DNA of 38,798 nt from Octopus bimaculoides (lineage: Eukaryota): NCBI RefSeq assembly GCF_001194135.2, contig NC_068993.1, positions 45,854,680-45,893,477 of the forward strand. Reading direction: 5' to 3'. Shown in pieces: positions 33,451 through 38,798 of the stretch. The notes under the pieces were generated by a model. That model made no database searches. It was not told the DNA's origin and saw only the letters and a list, made by a program, of their open reading frames with translations. Position 1 is the first letter of the stretch. Each line of letters starts with the position of its first letter. The position numbers were made by a program, and so were the translations under genes.

Positions 33451-35949
33451 GTGTGTTAGTTTGGACAGTTCGAAAATTCAAGTTAACTCTCAACATTTAC
33501 ATATGAAATGTCATAACACTGTAAAGTATTAAGTGATCCTTTAAATTAAGATCAGTATATTTAAATCAAACATTCATACACACATAAGCACACACAATGT
33601 GTATGTGTGTGTATGAATGTATATGCATGAATGTATGTGCATATGTATATGTAGTCGAAGATTCCGCTAGAAAAGCATGCGAAAACACGTTGAGTCACAC
33701 TCTCACAAAAATTTTAATTTAAGATATATAGTACTACTATAACCTTATTTGAGTATCTATTTAAAATACACATGTACATATACAAGTATATTGATGTATT
33801 AGTCGTGATTTGGCAAAATGCTAACTTCGTTATAATGAACATCTATCACAAAACCTGGTATAATATATTTTAAAATTTGGCAAAAATCCTCGATGGGTTC
33901 GTCGTGACGAACAGTCGGGTGAATCGACCTTTCTATACAAATAGTAAGAGTTTGTTGATTATTATAAGCATGAACAGCAATGATAATGTCGATTGAACTG
34001 CATTCGTACAAAAAAAAACTGTTCATTGCGAAGATACATACGTATTCAGTAATTACAAGTACAACAACGACCACTACTACTATTACTGTTGCTGACACTC
34101 GGAATTTTCCGTAGCATATTCATAAATACTTATTGTTATCTCTATCTATATATCTACACACANNNNNNNNNNNNNNNNNNNNNNNNNNNNNNNNNNNNNN
34201 NNNNNNNNNNNNNNNNNNNNNNNNNNNNNNNNNNNNNNNNNNNNNNNNNNNNNNNNNNNNNNNNNNNNNNNNNNNNNNNNNNNNNNNNNNNNNNNNNNNN
34301 NNNNNNNNNNNNNNNNNNNNNNNNNNNNNNNNNNNNNNNNNNNNNNNNNNNNNNNNNNNNNNNNNNNNNNNNNNNNNNNNNNNNNNNNNNNNNNNNNNNN
34401 NNNNNNNNNNNNNNNNNNNNNNNNNNNNNNNNNNNNNNNNNNNNNNNNNNNNNNNNNNNNNNNNNNNNNNNNNNNNNNNNNNNNNNNNNNNNNNNNNNNN
34501 NNNNNNNNNNNNNNNNNNNNNNNNNNNNNNNNNNNNNNNNNNNNNNNNNNNNNNNNNNNNNNNNNNNNNNNNNNNNNNNNNNNNNNNNNNNNNNNNNNNN
34601 NNNNNNNNNNNNNNNNNNNNNNNNNNNNNNNNNNNNNNNNNNNNNNNNNNNNNNNNNNNNNNNNNNNNNNNNNNNNNNNNNNNNNNNNNNNNNNNNNNNN
34701 NNNNNNNNNNNNNNNNNNNNNNNNNNNNNNNNNNNNNNNNNNNNNNNNNNNNNNNNNNNNNNNNNNNNNNNNNNNNNNNNNNNNATATATATACACTACA
34801 TAAGTATAAGGCTATAAAATTAAAATAATTCCTTACCAGTGGTTCGGATGCGTAATAAAAGTCATAACAGTTAAACCCAAACCACTTAAAGCTGGAATTC
34901 TTAAGGCACGCTCCTAATAGGCATTAGAGCGAATAAACAATTAGTCAATCCTATTCTCCAGTTTCACTATTTATAACCAAAGGAATTAATTTGGTATCTG
35001 TAGACCATCACTAGTATCGCGCAGTAAGCCCACATATATGTATCATTGGTAGATAAGAGTCTTCACGTATGTGCGCCGGAATTGTCTGATCACACAATTT
35101 TAGCGTTCTGTCTACTCAATCGCTGACGTTCTGCATACCAACCAAATTTCAGTACCAACTACATATAAGATATGGCGCAGTTTGCACCATGCCTCCATAT
35201 GAGAGAAGGTAATATTCAGTATCCTAACAAAATATCTATGTTAAGTTGGAAATAAAGATTGCCGTATATATTTATATATATACTTAGAAATACACACACA
35301 CATACACACACACACACACAGACACACATACACGCACACCCACACACACACACACACACACCCACACACACACGCACACACACATACCCTCGTTATTCTA
35401 TACTGTAAAATACTAAACATTTGCTAAAATATCAACGATTTAACTTACAGGAAAATTTCAATGTCCAAGTGTAATCATTTATAATCTTGGTATTGCGACT
35501 ATTGACATATAAATCATCGTAATTAAGCCGGCTTTTCTTTCCGACGTTTGTTTTCAAAGAAGATAACTAAAGATGCGCGCTCTCCAATCATTATATCAAT
35601 CAGTAGACGATTAGCTATATTGATAAAAACAGATCTCTTAGATGTCCACTGAGATCAGAGTTCAGTGTTTACAGTTTTCATGTGGCCGGTTAGACAGCTG
35701 CTCTTTCCCTCTCTCACTCACACACATACAAGTATACACGTACATACACAGATGCATACACGCACACATACACAAGACACATGCACATTCATTCCAGCGT
35801 TCGTAGTAAATGATAGAAGTGGAAGCACACAAGTAATAATACTTGCTAATAATAGCAGCAATTAATGAAAGTAGCGTTACGGATGGAACCACATTAATCA
35901 TAAATATGCTTAAACAAAGATGACCTTTTGATTAAACGTAAGTTATTTG

Positions 35950-36085
35950 TAGTTCTGAGTTCAAATTCCGTCGAGGTTCACTTTGCCTTTCATCCTTTCA
36001 GAGTCTATAAAATAAGTAAGTACCAGTTGAGAACTACTAGGGTCGACTCACACTCTTCCGGAAATTGCTGCAATTTCAAGTCAAT
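35950..36085 (+). mobile_element. SINE family A, 5'-truncated
   Basis: gttctgagttcaaattccgtcgaggttcactttgcctttcatcctttcagagtctataaaataagt. Confidence 0.8.
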
Positions 36086-36368
36086 ATTATTATAACCTTG
36101 TTTAACCTCAGGAAATCCTGATCAAGTCGATTTACAATGAGAAGCATTCTAAGATTTCAGGTTTTTTCCGTATTTCTAAGACTAAGCTCTCCTATGCATA
36201 TATATTATTAAAATTGTAATGTGAGATTCGAAGTGTCTTTGGCTACTCTTTGTAGCAGTTGAAACACCCACGTTCATAATACAGTTCTATCTTTAAGAGA
36301 TGAGGAATTATGTATATTATTTACATTATTTACATTTGAGGATATTTATCCTCATCCTGTCTGTTGTT

Positions 36369-36414
36369 AACACAACGTTTCAGCTGATATACCCTCCAAC
36401 CTTCATCAGGTGTC
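36369..36414 (-). ncRNA. Minimal type I hammerhead ribozyme (Penelope-type), intact core
   Basis: RC: GACAC-CTGATGA-A-GGTTG-gagggtatat-CAGCT-GAAAC-GTT-GTGTT: stem I GACAC/GTGTT, CUGAUGA core, stem II, GAAA, palindromic ACGT stem III, GUU triplet. Confidence 0.7.
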
Positions 36415-36495
36415 TGGGGAAATTTCGAACCTGGATTCTCATTCCTAAGGTATTTTTCGATGTTATAATAATAATAATAATAATANNNNNNNNNN

Positions 36496-36670
36496 CAAAC
36501 ATAATTTTCTTATGGTTTCTTAAACATTCACTTGAACAAAACTGTACAAATCCAAATATATGGTACCCTAGGCATAACACCTACATGAACTTCTAACTTG
36601 TTGTCTCTTGAGGTCTCTGGGTGAGACTTGGATCCAACTTGTACAAATGCAAAACAAAAGTCAAACATAA
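36496..36670 (+). mobile_element. Probable 3' UTR of another Dong/R4-type element, bounded by (TAA)n, nested in the composite element
   Basis: (TAA)n before the gap (36465-36485) and after (36671-36700); gtgagacttg motif shared with the 3' UTR of the 8590-9450 element (9376). No coding motif, so assignment is inferential. Confidence 0.5.
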
Positions 36671-36733
<63 letters not shown>

Positions 36734-36749
36734 GTTATTATTATTATTC

Positions 36750-36825
36750 AAGTCACTGCCTGGAATCAAACTCGTAAATTTGTGGTTAGTAGCCCGCGCT
36801 CTTAACTACTACGCAATATGCCCTT
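36750..36825 (-). mobile_element. tRNA-like Pol III promoter head (not a functional tRNA)
   Basis: RC gggcatattgcgtagtagttaagagcgcgggctactaaccacaaatttacgagtttgattccaggc: A-box-like ttgcgtagtag, B-box-like gtttgattcc; acceptor and anticodon stems do not close. Confidence 0.65.
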
Positions 36826-36858
36826 AGTAATGAGAACCCGGGTTCGAAATTTCTCCAA

Positions 36859-36904
36859 GACACCTGATGGAGGCTGGAGGGTATATGAATCGAAATGTTG
36901 TGTT
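36859..36904 (+). ncRNA. Degenerate hammerhead copy in the right arm (likely inactive)
   Basis: GACAC-CTGATGG-A-GGCTG-gagggtatat-GAATC-GAAAT-GTT-GTGTT: A9G, disrupted stem II, C15.2U. Confidence 0.55.
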
Positions 36905-37619
36905 AATAACAAACAAGATGAGGACAAATATCTGTCAAATGTAAATAATGTAAATAACCACGTTCATGTTCCCCGTTCAGGGCATCATGCATTTCAAAGC
37001 CGAAATTTACATTGTGTTTAGTCTTTGGTCTGTACTGACTGAGTACAATTCTGATCAAGTTCTTTGCAGCTGTGACCAGAAATTCCTTTTCCATATATGG
37101 ATCTACATCCTCTAATTTAACTCGCCGTTTTAAGATATTAGTGTGTGCTTGCTTGGAGGCATATAATTTCAGTTAATCCTCGTATATCCCTGGTATTCAA
37201 ATTGTCCAATGAGATGGTATAGAAATTAAACTAGATAGCCATTATTTAGCTAAATGATCAACAACCAACTGGATAATTCAATTAATAGATTTAATGATTT
37301 GTGGTTTGAGGATTTTCCACCTTTCAGACTAATGGACTTATTCGAGAATAAGGTCGATTTATCTTTCGAAAAAATATCAAAATGTACTCCCCTCAATTAC
37401 TTAAATTTCGGAAGGTTTAGGGATCCCGTATAGGTTCAATTCCAACAGTAATTAATTTTTCCATAGAGTTGGATAGGCAAAAATGTAAATTTCAATATGG
37501 TATTAAATTATCAATGATAAATGTTGAAACGTTCCAACTGATCTACCTCTATTGTTGTGTGTATAGGAACTATGTCATTGGAGATAGCTTTATAGTCACC
37601 ATTACATATTCTTTTATTG

Positions 37620-37900
37620 TCTTGCAGTAGTAACTGCTTTGCAGCCATGCTAGGACACCGTCTCGGAGGGTCTGGTCGAACAAATCGACTTCAGTAATTA
37701 TTCTATATAAAGAATAATTACTGATATATATATCAGCAAGAGATCTTTCTCATAGTTTTTGTTAGCTAAATTCACACAAGAGTTGGTATGCGCCGAGGAT
37801 CTATAATAGAACACACTTGCCCAGAGTGATGAGTAAATCTAAACCCGAAACCATATGACTGCAACACGAAATTCCTAAATACACAACTGTGCACACGTCT
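37620..37900 (-). mobile_element. SINE family B, degenerate
   Basis: gcagccatgctaggacaccg...gtcgaacaaatcgac (tail, antisense) and acacttgcccagag...aaacccgaaaccatatg (head, antisense). Confidence 0.55.
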
Positions 37901-38299
37901 AATATGTTAACATTTAAAATTCAAATGATACATTTCTTAGCATGACTTTCGTATTTAACACCGACTCCGAACATTCAGCATATTTAATTTCTTATGAATT
38001 ATTTCGCTTCTTTTGGATTATATGTGAGAATAATGTGAATCTGAAAGAGATTTAAAGGCAAAAAAGCGTATCCGAAATGTCAGGTTTTAGCGTTGCCATG
38101 AAACCGAATATATTCAGAGATGCGAAGGCACTCCGATTTTAAATCTTATAGAAGTAAATGAATCTTATTTATATGAAGAGGAGGATTATGACGCGGCCTT
38201 CATGCCTTATCAAGTGACATTACACTTGGGCGTTAAAGGAAGAGATTTTAAACGTCAATTGAATTTCTTTATTTAAAACTCAGAAACGCACGATGCATG

Positions 38300-38433
38300 C
38301 AGTCACACACAGAAATAGACTGCATAAACATTTGCATATACACACATATGCTTATGTACATACATAGCTACACACACATACACACACACATATATACATA
38401 CACACACACAGAAACAGACTCACAGACACACAC

Positions 38434-38489
<56 letters not shown>

Positions 38490-38520
38490 GTATATATATT
38501 AGTTTATGTATATATTAATA
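38300..38520. repeat. (CA)n/(TA)n microsatellite
   Basis: Directly visible. Confidence 0.9.
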
Positions 38521-38798
38521 TTATCTCAGTTATTAACACTTTCGATAATTTGAATACGTTAATAGTTACCAGGGGTAGCAAAATTACACTAAAAAACAAG
38601 ATATCCCAGCCGCTTTACAGGTTGATATACCGCGTTAAAGTGATACATTTTGTGAAAGTTTTATCATTTATTTCGAAACATATATGTAGGAATTAAAGGA
38701 ACTTTCATCGACATGCGTTTTGCTCCATTTATTATTATCCATATATGTATATATATATATTTTTATATATATGCATATATGTATGTATGTCATACAAT

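Larger units (their letters stand above)
36316..36958 (-). mobile_element. Composite non-autonomous element: tRNA-like head plus (AAT)n between ~135-bp inverted hammerhead-bearing arms
   Basis: Arm 36316-36450 (RC) aligns to arm 36822-36958 at about 85% (19 differences counted by hand); tRNA-like head at 36750-36825 (-). Confidence 0.75.

Noticed and set aside
37254-37433. 59-aa ORF MINNQLDNS...RFRDPV
   Set aside because: Short, no recognisable family, no usable splice sites.
1-38798. CRISPR arrays, operons, rRNA or prokaryotic systems
   Set aside because: No repeat-spacer arrays, dense ORFs or rRNA motifs; the sequence is eukaryotic repeat-rich DNA.

Overview
Non-prokaryotic, AT-rich, repeat-dominated DNA from a gapped animal assembly; many N gaps abut microsatellites. 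The SINE types and extreme microsatellite load point to a coleoid cephalopod, most likely Octopus (inference, no database search run). No multi-exon host gene can be supported; the only hint is a weak signal-peptide-like first exon at 296-356. Most ORF-track entries are microsatellite or N-gap artefacts. Real content: (1) more than 20 copies or fragments of at least four tRNA-derived SINE families; (2) five pieces of R4/Dong-type non-LTR retrotransposons (RT and restriction-like endonuclease motifs), the youngest sitting inside (TAA)n tracts; (3) a Penelope-type GIY-YIG remnant, an RTE 5' fragment, a mariner end and a pogo/Tigger-like end; (4) a ~1.5 kb old inverted duplication. The most notable structure is at 36316-36958: a tRNA-like Pol III head and (AAT)n spacer flanked by ~135-bp inverted arms. 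Each arm carries a minimal Penelope-type hammerhead ribozyme fold, one with an intact catalytic core. A second, unrelated hammerhead-like fold with a non-canonical core lies at 32343-32378.
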